Source: Neodothiora populina
Lineage: Eukaryota
DNA length: 64,000 nt
Direction: 5' to 3'
Assembly: GCF_041146345.1 (NCBI RefSeq)
Contig: NW_027191410.1
Span: 1-64,000 of the forward strand
A program made the position numbers and the translations under genes. Each line of letters starts with the position of its first letter. The stretch's first letter is position 1. Positions 36,132-49,034 of this stretch are shown piece by piece. Below the pieces are notes generated by a model. It worked only from the letters and a program-made list of their open reading frames with translations. It was not told the DNA's origin and ran no database searches.

Positions 36132-37274
36132 ATGGAGATTCACACAGGTGCTGCTGATACCCTTGCGATTGCGCGCGATGGCGTCACCTTTGTCAAGCCA
36201 GAGGACATTCAAGCAACGTTCAGCGGAGAGAGCATCGGTAAGTGTCGTGATACTTCATCTTCAATTGAAGATCAACTGACGAGAAACAGACCTGATCGGC
36301 AAGAACCTCGGTTCCCGCATTCTATCCTTCTCTGATGAGTGGTTCGCTGCCGCCGAGAACCTCACGACCGCTACCCCCCTATCCGCAAGCCTGGTGTCTT
36401 CACTTACGCGGGCGCCTGGTACGACGGCTGGGAGACACGCAGACACAACCCCGAACCATTCGACTATGTCGTCTTCCGCCTCGGTGTCGCCTCTGGCAGG
36501 GTCAAGGGCGTAGAGATCGACACTGCCTTTTTCAACGGCAACCAAGCACCGGAAGTCGCAGTGCAAGGCTGCTTCGCATCCGACGACAGAGAAAAAGAGA
36601 TCAAGAGCAAGGACTTTGCCGAGTGGGAGACGATCTTACCGAAGCAAGAGTGTGGACCTAGCCAGCGCCATGCATGGTTGCTCCCTGCCAAGACGCCAAA
36701 GGCCTATACTCACATTCGCCTGCAAATGTTCCCCGATGGAGGCATCGCACGTTTCAGACTATATGGATCAGTCGAGGCCGTGCTTCCACAGGACATCAAC
36801 GCCGTCTTCGACCTCGCGGCTACCGTGAATGGAGGTGTCGCCGTAAAGTGCTCGGATCAGCACTTCGGTACCAAGGACAACCTGATCCTTCCGGGCAGAG
36901 GTGTCGACATGGGCGACGGCTGGGAGACTGCGCGCTCGAGAGGTGAGCACATTGACTGGACGATCATCAAGCTAGGTGTGCCGGGTGTGATTGAGAAGTT
37001 GGTCGTCGACACGGCCCACTTCCGTGGAAACTTCCCGCAAAAGGTACAGATCTTTGCCGCCGGTCCTACGAGAGATGGCAAGACCCCAGAGCATGAGGAC
37101 ACGGCTGCTTGGACAGAAGTGCTGAGCCCGCAGAAGACCGGTCCTGATGCGGAACATGAATATGTTTCGGAACTCAGCGAGGTCAAGGACAAGACTTATG
37201 GATTCGTGAAGCTGGTCATCATTCCTGACGGAGGCGTCAAGAGAATCAGGGTCTTTGGCAGGAGAGGTGCTTAA
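36132..37274 (+). CDS. DAL2: Allantoicase (intron ~36238-36289)
   Basis: SDEWFAAAENL, WYDGWETRRHN, DTAFFNGN, MFPDGGIARFRLYG, DMGDGWETARSR, DTAHFRGNFP and IPDGGVKRIRVFG motifs (two allantoicase repeats). Confidence 0.95.
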
Positions 37275-37548
37275 GTGCTACCGTTCTGTCTCGACTCCCG
37301 CCCAGCAGTCGATCGCGAATGCTTAGATACGCCAATAATGAAAAGTCATACACATACCTAGCTTGCATTTATGTTGTTCTGATTCCTTCATCTGTAAAGA
37401 CGACGTCCGGGGGTCGGTCCTCCTAAGGTGCAAGCAGGCCTCGTGCAGGTGCTATCTATTCCGGATATTATACATGTGTTTTCCCATCCTCTAGCTTCCA
37501 CAAAAGACTTTTTGTTTTTCAAGTTGAGGTTGTCAAAGCCGATCAGTC

Positions 37549-38564
37549 TCACGCAGGCTTGACACCCTTATGAACGGCAGCGATGCCATCGGTCAGATCC
37601 TCCCAGCCCTTGCCATCCTGCGCACCAGGAATCAAGAACCCGGCATCCTTGATCATGTCTCTCCACTCGGTCTGGCTAGGGAAGCGATCGATGCTCTCGA
37701 CGAGATACTGGTAGCTGTCCCTGTCTCCAGCAACGACCTGTCCGATCAGGGGAATGGCGGCGAAGCTCCACCTCTTGTACACGAAATCGAACAGCGGGTT
37801 CCGCACCTTGCTGAACTCGAGACACGCAAACACACCGCCGGGCTTAAGCACACGGTAGGCCTCACGCAGCGCCATGTCCTTGTGCGTGAAGTTTCGGATG
37901 CCGAACGACACCGTGTAAAGATCAATGCTGTCATCGGGGATCATGTGCAGGTTCTCGGCGTTGGCTTCGATAAAGTCCAACCGGCCGGTACGAGCATAAG
38001 GGGATTGAGCGGCGCGCTTACGGCCCTCGGCCAGCATGTCCGGGTTGATGTCGGAGATGGTGACGTGCGTGTTGCGGTCGTGGTTGATGTTCGTGGCGTG
38101 GTCGAGCATGCGGAAGGCGATGTCACCGCTGCCGCCTGCGATGTCGAGGATGTGCCAGCCTTGTTGCGGTGCGCCGGGAGTGTGGCCGCCGGGGTTCAGG
38201 CCGCGTACGAAGTGGTCTTTCCAGAGACGGTGGATGCCTAAGGACATAAGGTCGTTCATTGTGTCGTAGGAGCTTGCGACTGAAGAGAAGACGCCGGCGA
38301 CTGGAGAAGTACAGTCAGATGCGGCCCCTTCCACTTTTCGCCATATTCTGTGTTACCTTTAGACTCTTTCTGGGACTCGTCGATTGTCTCGAAACCGAAA
38401 TGCGTCGTCTTCTCATGTTGCCTCTGTTGTTGCGTCTTGTCTTCTGCCCGCTGCTGCTCCGCTAGACCCCGAGAGGTCGTGAATGCACACCTGGGCTGCA
38501 CAAACCGGCATACAGGAGGCGACAGCCTCAATCGCTTCGAAGCGCGTAGGGAAATGGTAGCCAT
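37549..38564 (-). CDS. COQ5: 2-methoxy-6-polyprenyl-1,4-benzoquinol C-methylase Coq5 (1 intron)
   Basis: Presequence; THFGFET, VFSSVASSYDTMNDLMSLGIHRLWK, LDIAGGSGDIAF, FGIRNFT and YQYLVESI motifs. Confidence 0.96.
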
Positions 38565-38777
38565 TTGTGTGCGTGGACGGAGGCGTGTTTCGAGCACTCA
38601 CGGTATTACAAGCGGCAAGAAGATCAAGTCGATCACCGCCGAGCTTTACTTTGACAGAACGTTGACGCTAAGCATCTCTATGTCATGAGATTGAGTTGCG
38701 GGTAGATCTTGCTCGACTCGGTCATCTACCATGACCATTTCTCCACAAATTTGCATATCGGAAGGAAAACCAAGGCA

Positions 38778-38804
38778 CCTACCTTACCTACCTTACCTAC
38801 CTTA
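38778..38804. repeat. (CCTACCTTA)3 tandem repeat in the COQ5/BCD1 divergent promoter
   Basis: Three exact 9-bp units. Confidence 0.85.
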
Positions 38805-38872
38805 TGGTAAGTTGCGTCGTCATTGTCATCGATTACTAGATATCATCGTTTTCATCCATCTGCACGGCCTCC

Positions 38873-40179
38873 ATGGCCGATCGAGACGCTCCTCTCACGA
38901 GCCTGTGTAGCATCTGGTAGGTCGGTTGCTTTTCATCTCTCTGCCGTGGATATCACTCTTCTCTTTACCCTCCTTCCACGCTGACACGCTCAGCTACACC
39001 AATCCTCCAAAATATGTCTGTCCCCGCGATCACGTCAAAACATGCTCTCTGCCCTGCTACAAGCGCCATCAGCAGCGTGCTTCCTGCAACGGAAAGCGTG
39101 ATCCAACCGCCTACGTCAGGAAAGAGAAACTGACGACGGCCTCCGGTATTGATCATGACTACAACTTTTTGAGCGGCGTCGAGAGCGTCTTCGACAAGGC
39201 TGATCGAGACCGTGAGGAGAGGGGGATCGACCAATCAGATCAGAATCACAGGCGACGATGGCATTTTGACGGACCTCTGCAGAAATACCTCCGACACAAC
39301 CAGATCCAGATCGACCATGCTCCGCTGGGCTTGAGCCGACAGAAAGCCAACCAGACGAGATACATCCAAAAGTCAAAGCGCATCGTCTGGACCGTCGAAT
39401 GGATCGATGCGGACGGGGCCAAGAGGCTGAGCGAGGTGCATGAAGCGGCCACGATAGGCGAAGCATACACTGCGATGCTTGCCGACAAGGAACGCGGAAG
39501 CAAGAAGAGGAAGCGCGCCGGATCCGTCGAAGCTTCACCTTCCAAAACACCCAGACAGGGCCCGGTGGCGGCTGCTGAAGAGATGGCAAAGGAGGATAAC
39601 CCACGGACGTCAACATCAGCCCCGGACACGCTCACTGGCGACGACACAGTCATAGACGAGGCAGCAGGAGTAAGAACTCTTGTCGAATCCGAAGAACCTC
39701 AGGAAGCAGAAGAAGACAAACGCTCGCTGATCCTCTCCCGGATCGAGTCCGAGGCCTCACGCCAGGCAACTCTACGTGCAGCCAAATCCCCCACCGGACC
39801 TCCATTCTTCTATCTCCTACGCCCTCACACATCGGCGACTTCTCGTGTCTTGATCCCGCTCTTGCCCGATCAAACACTCACAGCTTCTCTCGAGCTACGG
39901 ACGGTGCTCGAGTATCCCACCGTGTACGTTCTCGACCAGGGCCAGGAAGAGCTGTCTGAGCGATACATGACCGAAGCTGCATATACACAAAAACTACAAG
40001 AAGACGACAAGGAAGTCGAGGAGCTGCTGAAGGCCGTTCCCGACGCGACAGCAGCAGGCAGAATAGGGACATACGGCGGAAAAACAGTCACTACCGCAGA
40101 AGGCAGCAGCAGCGGAGCCACAAACGACCTAGATCCCTCCAAGATACTAGAGATGCTGAGAAGAGACGTGCCAACGTAG
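38873..40179 (+). CDS. BCD1: Box C/D snoRNP assembly factor Bcd1 (zf-HIT; 1 intron)
   Basis: LCSIC|..PKYVCPR....CSLPCYKRH..CNGKRDPT; DYNFL; WTVEW; RTVLEYPTVYV. Confidence 0.9.
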
Positions 40180-40748
40180 AACGAAGCATAAGTCCCCGTT
40201 TCGGCCCAGCAAACGAATAACCCAAACAGATGTAATCAGATACAGTCGGCGACCAGACCAAAGAAGTCCCAACTCTCACCCTTGTCCATGTGTCCTTTCC
40301 TTGCGTTTTATCCCTGCTCGAACAGATGTTATGAATGAGCGCAGTAAGTGTCGATACAGGCACGGTGGGTTCCAGCTGTAGGAGGGCCGAGGGAGTCGGA
40401 GATATGTTGCCGCCAATCAGAATGCACACAGTCCCGATTGACATCTTGGCGCCGCCGACCAGCTGTTTGCATCTGTGTTTGCTCTAGGAAAGCGCATCAG
40501 CGGCAGCGACTCTTGACGTGTGGGAAGTAAATGTAGACAATACCGTAGCTTTACTCTAGTCAGCGATACTACCGTCGTCGCAGTAAGAGTAGGAATTTCG
40601 TACAGCGGCTGTGCTTTGTCGTCTTCCAGTCTATACATCCGCAACATCCAATCGAGTGCTTGCCTCATCGATCAGGACCGAGTGACCTCCAACCGGCGCC
40701 ACCCACCCGTCAACCTCCACTTCCTCTATCCATCTTTCCACCGACAGA

Positions 40749-41591
40749 ATGAGGGCCTCCCTACGTCTTCTGGCTTCGGCCAAGTACCTCACCCCTGGCG
40801 CACCCACTGGTCTCACCGGTGTCTTCACCCACGCCGCGCCTCGAACCACCCTGCTCTACCTCTACAACAGCACTTTGGACAAGCTCAAGCAGTTCCCCGA
40901 ACACTCCGTCTACCGCCAGTCGGTCGAAGCCCTGACCAAGCACCGCCTCTCCATCGTCGAGTCCGTCAAGCCCGAGGGTCTCGAGTCATGGCAGGAGCGC
41001 GTGCGACACGTCGTTGAATCCAACCCTCAAGCCTTCAAGCAGATTGGCAGCATCACCGACCCCAAGCAGCTGAACTTTGTCTTCAAGGAGTCCATTATCG
41101 AGGGCATGCGCACCGAGGAGTTTGACGACGAGCCCCTGCAAAAGGCCGAGCCCGAGGGCCCCAGATCCCAGAAGGACAGGTCACACCAGGGCGAGGCTTT
41201 CGCCAGGGATCTCAAGGTCGAGAATGAGCAGATTCCGAGGATCGAGCCTGAGCCGAGACTCACCGCTGACCAGTGAGTGCCTGTTTAGCACGCAGCATGC
41301 TTTCCTCTCCCACTGACATCGTCTCCCAGGGTCGAGTCTATCGAGCAGCAGGTCGGCGCCGGTCTGATCGAGGAGATCATCAACGTCGCAGACGCCGAGC
41401 ACAGCCTCGTCGATGTCATGTACAAGAGCGAAGTGTACGTCTCTCTTTTCCCTTCTCTTCGCTCCCGGCTCCGTCACAATCATACTGACATCGACAGCTG
41501 GGACGATCTCGCCGAGACACCCGTAGAAGGCCAATGGAACTACCACGACGTGCAAGCCGACTCTCACGTCCCTGCCACTCAAGCCCCTTAG
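40749..41591 (+). CDS. Complex I 29.9-kDa accessory subunit (NDUFA5/B13; 3 exons)
   Basis: PTGLTGVFTH..PR..LLYLY; SVYRQSVEALTKHRL; IEQQVGAGLIEEII..A..E; WDDL.ETPVEGQW.Y. Confidence 0.93.
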
Positions 41592-42094
41592 ATGGACTCG
41601 AGTCGACTGTTGAACGTGCAAAAAACCTTTTCTCTTTCCTATACCAATTACCAAATTGCATTCAGCGTCATGCACTCTCAACCTTTTCCTTTCGGATGCG
41701 TGCACAGCTCGTGCTCTCCTTGTGTCTTCTAATGTTGACTTACAGAGACACACGTACAGGAACTCCCTACAATTGCTCATCATAGTGACCAACGAAGCGT
41801 ATTTGAGTGAATGTAGTCATCGCATGATCAGAAATGAAATTCGTATATGAATACAAGGATAAAGATGAATAGAGCCGAGTTTCCATGCCAGTCGTTTCCT
41901 GTCCCGGAGGTCACTCGACCTCGTCGATGCCAACATCGGGACTCCCTCGCGTGTGTGCCCGGTACCATGTCCAATCCAAATGGAAAGAACGATCAGTTCC
42001 CTCCAATAAAAACTCCAACGACACCAACGCTTGTTGCAAATTTCACAAAACGATACCTCTCAAGGTAGATCTTTCACTGATACAAGTCCGTGCT

Positions 42095-42898
42095 TCATTT
42101 ATCGTCGAAACGGACCTCGACAACACCAGTCTCGGGGTCTTCTTTGCCAGTCGCGAAGCCTCCGGCGCTGATGGTGTCCCGGTCTCTCCTCATACCGTCG
42201 AGGACACCCTTGAGCCCACCTTTTCTCATTCTCTCGAGTACGACCTTCATGCCCTCTTTGGCCTTGGGCTGACTCTTCTCTGCTCGTCGGAGCCCAATGA
42301 CCTCGATGCTTTTCTGAATCGATCCGTTCGCCCATTGTCTCAAGAAGCCACCCAGGCGAGGCTTGTCCTCATCCTGCTGTTCCGCTCTGGCCGCTCGTCG
42401 CTTCCTGATGTTCTCTCCGATGTGGGAGTGCAGCGTCACCGAGGTTTCGACATCGGTGGTCTGCTGTTGTGCATCGGTGTTGAACAGGTCACCCTGCTGC
42501 TGGACGGAGACTCCTGGGAAAGCAGGACGACGGAAGACCTGGCGCTCGACGACGCTCAGCACGCCCGTCCACTCCAGGTTCTGCGATTCCGTCTCCATGC
42601 TTCCATTCTTGACATCGACGGTAGACTTCTCGAGAATGTAGCTCTGAGTGGACCCGTCCTTGCCGGCACCTAGGATGGACCCGGGCAGCAGCTTGAGCAC
42701 CGCAGAGGGCAGCTTGGACTTCTTCAAGTGCAGGCGCACAGTCGTGAGCTTTTGCGTCACGGGATCGAAGTTGCGCGACAGAACATCGCTAGACTCGACA
42801 TGGGTCGAATACGGGTTAGGATAGCGCAGGAAGTAGGCCAATGTGACGGCCGGGAATGAGTATGGGTAGCTGTCCGTCGACGAATAAAATCTGACCAT
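42095..42898 (-). CDS. UPS1: PRELI/MSF1-family mitochondrial lipid-transfer protein (Ups1-like)
   Basis: VTLAYFLRYPNPYSTHV.SSDVLSR; SYILEKSTVD; GMKVVLE. Confidence 0.88.
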   Translation of the reverse strand: MVRFYSSTDSYPYSFPAVTLAYFLRYPNPYSTHVESSDVLSRNFDPVTQKLTTVRLHLKKSKLPSAVLKLLPGSILGAGKDGSTQSYILEKSTVDVKNGSMETESQNLEWTGVLSVVERQVFRRPAFPGVSVQQQGDLFNTDAQQQTTDVETSVTLHSHIGENIRKRRAARAEQQDEDKPRLGGFLRQWANGSIQKSIEVIGLRRAEKSQPKAKEGMKVVLERMRKGGLKGVLDGMRRDRDTISAGGFATGKEDPETGVVEVRFDDK

Positions 42899-43570
42899 TG
42901 TGTCGACAACTATGACGTAAGAAGATATAGGCTGTGAGTTGTGTTATAAGTGGCCTGACGCGGAGAACTGTAGAATGCTTTGATCCAGGGTGGGTTGGAG
43001 GGGCTTTAGTGCATGCTCGTGGGCCGAGTGTCGTGGTAAGGCAGGGCGATGACGACAGGCAAAGAGAAGAGAAGAGAAGATGATAACAGAAAGCTAAGCT
43101 AGGGGCTGAAGGGGGGTGTTATACAAGAAAGGTAGGTAGTGGTGGGTGCCAAAAAGAGGGGTTGTATCATGCAATAATCTGGGTGTGAAAAGATATACAG
43201 TAGCTACATCAAGGCAAAATGCAGTGCTCTGCTGACGGTCGTGTGAGCCTCTGTACTCTGGAAATGCCTCGCCCAATGATGAGAGAGCAGAAGCACACAG
43301 AGGCTGACCCGGAAGGCCACGCCGAAGTGCCGATATGCCGATCCTGAGGTGACGAGACCTGATCTAGATTGCTTCTTCTGTCTTTCACCGTCCTGCGTTC
43401 CACACTTCGCGGAGTCGGCTGCACCTGCGTCTCAATGCCGGTGCCAAGCCTATCGCCACTCTTGCTCCGCATCCTTTGTTCTCCACGCCCGTTCCACGTT
43501 GTGGGGACACGGTCGATAGTAGGCGAGGTCATGGCAAGAAGAACAAGAATACCACTCCTACCTGAGGTGG

Positions 43571-45246
43571 TTATAAGAATATGACCTCAGAGCTCTGGAA
43601 TATGCCTGTAGATCAGGGAATGCTTACATATTGGCAAGGCCTTGGACAGAAGTTCTGTATCGATATTCTCTATGTCTATGTCCTTGTCTATGATATTTCT
43701 ATGGTATAGCTATTCAGAGGTGTACTTGGCCGTGAATTACCTTCGTATAAGACTCTCAACATGCCTTTCTCTGACATGGAGTTGTTGCTCGCCAAGGCGC
43801 TGGATGAAGATACTGTCCGCATCATCTTGTTGTGCCTCGTAGATCAGCAGCTTTTCAAGGTGTTGCAATGCTTCCTGATGAGATATCTGTGGTATAGGAC
43901 CAATTACTTCTTCAGCGTCGTCGTCGCCGTCCGGTCGATCCGTAAACTGCGCAACAATCGCCGCCTCAATGTCTTCGTTAGCGTCGTCGTACACTTGCTC
44001 TTCGACCGGATCGAGGAAGGATTCAATAGACATTAGAGTCGTAATGCGCCGTCGTTTTAGTAGTTGTTGGACAAGCTGAGCAACCTCCTGGTCTTGTTGA
44101 ATAGTGGCAGCGGCAGCCGCATCTATAGGTAGTTCTCCTTCGATCAGCCGAGCACTGCGCCAGCAATGAAGGATTGTGGATGGCATAACGGCCGACCACG
44201 CAGTTATTGACCACCGTACAGCCTTTAGAATATTGATGGTTCGTAATGGCGATCGTCCAGCTTCGAATTCGTCGAGCATGTATTGTAACCACGTCTTTCT
44301 ATAATGCCGTTTAAAGCTAGCGATGATTCCTTGATCCAGAGGTTGTGTGTTACACGTCGAAGTAGTGGGCAACCAGCATATAAATGTATTACGAAGCGGC
44401 TCAGTCAACGACAAGGTAGTAACCGCCGCTCGATGTGCCGAAAAGTCGTCCATTAGTAATATGACCTTACGACCAGCCATACGTTGATCAAACCATTGCA
44501 GCCATTCAATCATGATTGGTTTTGTCATGCACGCGTGACCATTATACAGCCAGTGGCAGTTCCATGCAGAAAAGTCGACATTTGCGGCTCGTACAGCGAG
44601 AGGCCTTTTCGCATGACCTACGAGCCAGAGAGGGAGCTTGTCGCTACCGTCTGCATTACAGCAGAAATGGACAGTAAGGCGCTTCTTTTGAGTAGTTGTG
44701 CCGCTAATCTGTTGTGTCGATAAACCTCGATCCGGCGTACTCTCCCAAAAAAAAAAATGCCTGATTCGTCGCAATTATAGATGTTCGAAGGGTTCCAAGA
44801 CCGTAGAAAGGATTGGACAGCAACCTTTCATGTAGGTGAGCTTCACGTTCACCCATATAACGTTACATACATACTAGTTGTTGAGCGACTTGTTCGTCGT
44901 TATTACTACTGCTTTCGCCATGTCCAATACGCCGCTTGACATTGCAGCTTCGTTCAGATCCAGCGACCCAGCCATTAATGAATTGCGGCACCTCCATACC
45001 TTGATACGCCGATATACGCATCTAAAATCGCTCCGCTTGTGTACGAAGAAGGGCCTCCGAAAATTGGTATACAAGTCCACCCTGGATATAGGCATATCCC
45101 GTATAAGAATAACTTCGTCTTGGCAAGAATATCGACTTGCAGACCTGTTCAGATAGTGGTGCAATACTCACTCAATATAAGCATTACCTGGTCTACAAGC
45201 ATGTTCTAGAGCTCCGAGGGTGCATGCTTATAAACAGGGTTTACTG
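43571..45246 (-). mobile_element. Degenerate pogo/Tigger-type (CENP-B HTH + DDE_1) DNA transposon
   Basis: Right end reads TA|CAGTAAACCCTGTTTATAAG on the - strand (TA at 45247-45248); ~80% identical inverted repeat 43571-43632 vs ~45173-45233; the outermost ~13 bp of the left TIR are missing. Confidence 0.85.
43737..45060 (-). pseudogene. pogo/Tigger-like transposase pseudogene
   Basis: QAERF*..PQFINGWV..HGES (HTH_Tc5), IYNCDESG, poly-T frameshift near 44750, KKRLTVHFCCNADGSDKLP, LLMDDFSAH, TQPLDQGIIASFK; first HTH deleted. Confidence 0.88.
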
Positions 45247-45448
45247 TATCATGACTCCATAAAATTGCAGGTCTCGCGGATTTGGATACTAGTCCTGAAC
45301 GGTGGCTGGCAGTCAAGGTGCTAGAATACACGCTCGTGATACATCACTACAGGTATCGGTTCATCTGGACAATTAGCCTGTCTCCAGTGCCGTTGCGCCA
45401 CGCAGAAGTGACAATGACTTTTGTGCTATTCTTTGTCTTTTCGTTCTC

Positions 45449-46944
45449 TCAACCAATGTTCCCTGCACCTCTCTCAAAGACGGCGACACCGCCATCAGGC
45501 TGAACGAAATACAAAACTTCAAGCTCCTTCTCCACGGCAGAGTCGCTCGGAGAGACCTGCCCAAGCCGCTCGTGATTGTCATCGTGATCATTATCATAAT
45601 CGTAACCATAAGCATAATCCCACGCGCCTCCCCTCGTAACCCTTAGAACACCAGTGACATCTTTCGCCACCCCCGTATCCAGTCCCCTCACCCCAACAAT
45701 CCATCTAGCAGCATGCGCAAGCCCAACGACGAATCGACTCATTTCTGTCTCTAGTGGCGTCTTGAGAATCACACCCGTCGCTGTGCTATCTGAGTCATGC
45801 TGGCCCGAAGAAGCAGCGTTAGAATTCGAGAGAGCTAACGTGGCTGCTGCCAGGAAGGTCGAGTCGATTTCGAGGGATATGACTGCCGAGTGGACAGATG
45901 GTAGGGAGCGAAGAGAGAGGATGAGGGTTGAGAGGGCTGCAGACGGCGGTTGCTGTGGTTGGCTTTGCGGTAATGACGAAGAGTCGTGGTATATGAGAGT
46001 TGTTGTCGGAGAGTCGAGGATTAGTAAGATCTTTTTGGGCTTTGGTACTGAGGAAGAAGAGGAAAGAGCGGCTATGGCGCTTGTTATCGTCTCTTGCGCG
46101 TGCGTTAGGGATGGACTTGTCAGCGTGTGGAGGTTTTTGAGCTGCGATTTTGTTGTTGTTGTTGTCGATGCTGATGGGGCTGAAGCAGGGATTGGGGATG
46201 CTTGAGGAGAAGTAGCTGCTGGAGGAGGTTGACGGGAGGGAATGGGCCCTGCGTTACGTAGTGGTAAGGTGCGCTGTGGCAGGTCTCTTCCTGCTGCTGG
46301 AGAGATGGGTGATACCGGAGATCTACGAGGTGGTTGCTGTTGTTGTGCACTGGTCGATGGCGTTGTCACTGTGGATGATGTGGAGAAGATGCCGGTCAGA
46401 CCGTCAATGAAAGCGAACTCATCGTGCTGTGCCAGTCGTGCTAGGTCGAGTCCCTGTGTGGCAGCGACGAGTCAGCGTTGATCAGATAAAATTTGGGGTC
46501 TCTTTCTCTCTCTCCTCTGGTCTCCTTGATACTCCTTCTTGTGTTAAAGAGAACGAAAGATGCTGGATAAGACAGAAGAGAAGAGAGCAGGAATGAGAAG
46601 AAATAGAGGAAGACATGAAGACATACAGCTCCCCTCCTAGCCTCAGCCTTCCAAAACTCCCAATCTCTCATCCACGAAACCAACACGACAGCCACATCTT
46701 CTCCGTCCCCATCTTGTCTCTGATCCTCTCCTCCCTGCTCCTGTCCAGCTACCGTCGTGGCTCGCGCATGCTGTGCTTTCTCCGAGGAAGTCGCGCCGTC
46801 GTATGCGCCACGCAAGACGCGAACCGTGAGCCAGTGAGGCGACGCATTCAGCACGCCTGTCAGCAGGGACAGAGATGCTTCGGGTGGGAAGTGGCCGAGG
46901 TATGGTTCCAGAAGAGGTGGGATCGCTGTTTTGCGCCGCGACAT
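45449..46944 (-). CDS. ELP6: Elongator complex subunit Elp6 (1 intron; Ser/Pro/Thr-rich inserts)
   Basis: IPPLLEPYL..SLSLLTGVLNASPHWL, VVLVSWMRDWEFW, FAFIDGLT, GLDTGVAKDVTGVLRV and EVLYFVQPDGGVAVFERG motifs. Confidence 0.88.
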
Positions 46945-47936
46945 TTTTTTCCTTCCTCGAGTCTTCGACTTTCTGCCTTGGGAGGCACTTTGGACGCCCT
47001 CTTTTTTCTTCTTGAGTTCTTGGGGACTTTTCGGCTTGCTTTTGGAATTTGTTCTGTGGCCTTGTTCTCTGTTTCTCAACACAGCAAGGTCATTTGTTCC
47101 AGCAGGTCGCGCAATGTTCACGATCTCTACAAGAATTATATATTGTCGTTATTGCCATGTAATCCAGACCTGTGATCGAAAATCATGACGTCGGCCCTGT
47201 CCCGACTTTTTCCCTCTGGCCGGGAGCTGCACATTCGGCCGTCATGAAACGACGGTTTGAGCTGCAAGTCGGCGGGCCGAAGCCGCGACCGGGATTCATC
47301 TATCGTCTACCTCCGTACAATCGCGGGATCCCATACCTCACTCGCCCTCACCCACTCGTACGATGAGACAGGCATCTGGGACTCCGTCCAGATTTCAACT
47401 CTACTCGCAAATTGAGAGACATGTCCGTTTGTCTCAGGACGAGGAAACGCAAGCATCCGGCGTCCAACACTAGTATACCTCAAGCATGTCCTCGCGAGAC
47501 TCGACCTTGACTGTCTTCAATCAGTTCCTTGTACATTATATCTCACAGTAGGTACGTCACTGAAGATACTTCAAGGCAAGGTAGGGTATCACCACCGTAC
47601 AGACCGCAGCACTGTACAACGTGGCATTAGTCGAGTAGGGGGTTGTGTACCGTAGCTTATGTGATGAGGCAGTGATGTTGCCTTTAGTAGTTGCTGCACT
47701 CCAGGACATTGCCCTGGCTTTTGAACGTTGAATGACCGAAGGGCTGATGCTAAGCTTTCCAAGTGCTTCACATGTCATCGTTGGCCAATTCCCCTCTGTG
47801 CCCTGTATGGCAACTGTAATTGTGACTGTTTCGTCCGTGTACACAATCATCATCCCCGCAACACATTGTGTTCAAGTCAAATACAATCGATCCGCCGCAA
47901 GCAGCCGGACGAAACTAGCAGTGACAGAAAGCAACC

Positions 47937-48833
47937 ATGGACACGGCCGTCGATCTTGCAGACATCTCCAAGGCTCTGGACCTTGCGAACATCCGCTTCC
48001 AATTGATGTAAGATATATATCGACGCCACCACTTCGGCAGATAAATTGTCATGTGCACATCCTGACGTGGACTCTTCCACACTTGCGACAGTCGGCTAGA
48101 GGACACTATAACTTTCCATCTCATCGAGCGCGTTCAGTTCCCCCTCAACTCGACCATCTATCGACCCAATGGCATACACATTCCCAATGAGCCAGACATC
48201 TCCCTCCTCGACTGGATGCTCCGAGAGCAGGAGCGCCTGCAGTCTCTCGTGCGTCGCTACCAGGCACCCGACGAGTACCCTTTCTTCCCCGAGGTTCTCC
48301 AAGAGCCGATACTGGCTCCCATCAAGTATCCCCGTGTGCTGCACGAGAACGATGTCTGCGTGAACGACCGACTCAAGGAGTCATATATCCACCACATCCT
48401 GCCGCCGGCGTGCGCCAAGTTCGATCGAGAAGAGCGAGGCGAAGCGCGAGAAAACTTTGGATCGGCCGCCACTTGCGATGTGCTCTGTCTGCAGGCATTG
48501 TCGCGGCGCGTCCACTTTGGCAAGTTCGTCGCCGAGAGCAAGTTTCGCACGGAGACAGAAAAGTTCGTCAAGATGATCAAGGAAAGCGACAGGGAAGGCA
48601 TCGATCGCGCAATCACAAACCAGGCCGTCGAAGAGAAGGTCCTCGAGCGACTACGACTCAAGGCCAAGACCTACGGCACCGACCCCAGCATCGGTGCCTC
48701 GACCGCTGCTGCACATGGAAAGATTGATGTCGAGGCCGTCGTCGCCATGTACAAGGACTACATCATTCCTCTCACGAAGCAGGTCGAGGTCGAGTATCTG
48801 ATGCAGAGACTCAAAGGCACCGAGTGGGAATAA
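47937..48833 (+). CDS. ARO7: Chorismate mutase (AroQ, eukaryotic type; 1 intron)
   Basis: ALDLANIRFQLI|RLEDTITFHLIER, VRRYQAPDEYPF, LQALSRRVHFGKFVAESKF and IPLTKQVEVEYL motifs. Confidence 0.97.
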
Positions 48834-49034
48834 CGCGAAGCATCTTGATCTGTTTGTAGATACAAGAACTGCCAAACGCAAGTTCGATTACACACAGCTA
48901 TCGGCAAAATACCATCCTACTATTGGCAAGACCTTCTTCGAGTATCTTGCTGTACCTGGGTTGATACCGTATCTTTATATACCTTTGCTGCGGCCAACGG
49001 AATTACGTCTGGGCCACCGCGTGTCACCGATATA

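Noticed and set aside
8156..37274. ureF and allantoicase as a purine/urea catabolism cluster
   Set aside because: They are 27 kb apart with ~15 unrelated genes between them.
37466..37475. Puf-type UGUA elements in 3' UTRs of mitochondrial genes (e.g. TGTATAATA after COQ5, TGTATATCA after ATP12)
   Set aside because: Too short and inconsistently present to distinguish from chance without genome-wide statistics.
43209..43532. 107-aa ORF upstream of UPS1 (possible uORF or gene)
   Set aside because: No recognisable motif or coding-like composition; adjacent to a transposon end.
47661..47747. Possible box C/D snoRNA (GTGATGA ... CTGA)
   Set aside because: No terminal stem or recognisable rRNA/snRNA complementarity; such short boxes occur by chance. 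An Infernal/snoscan run would be needed.
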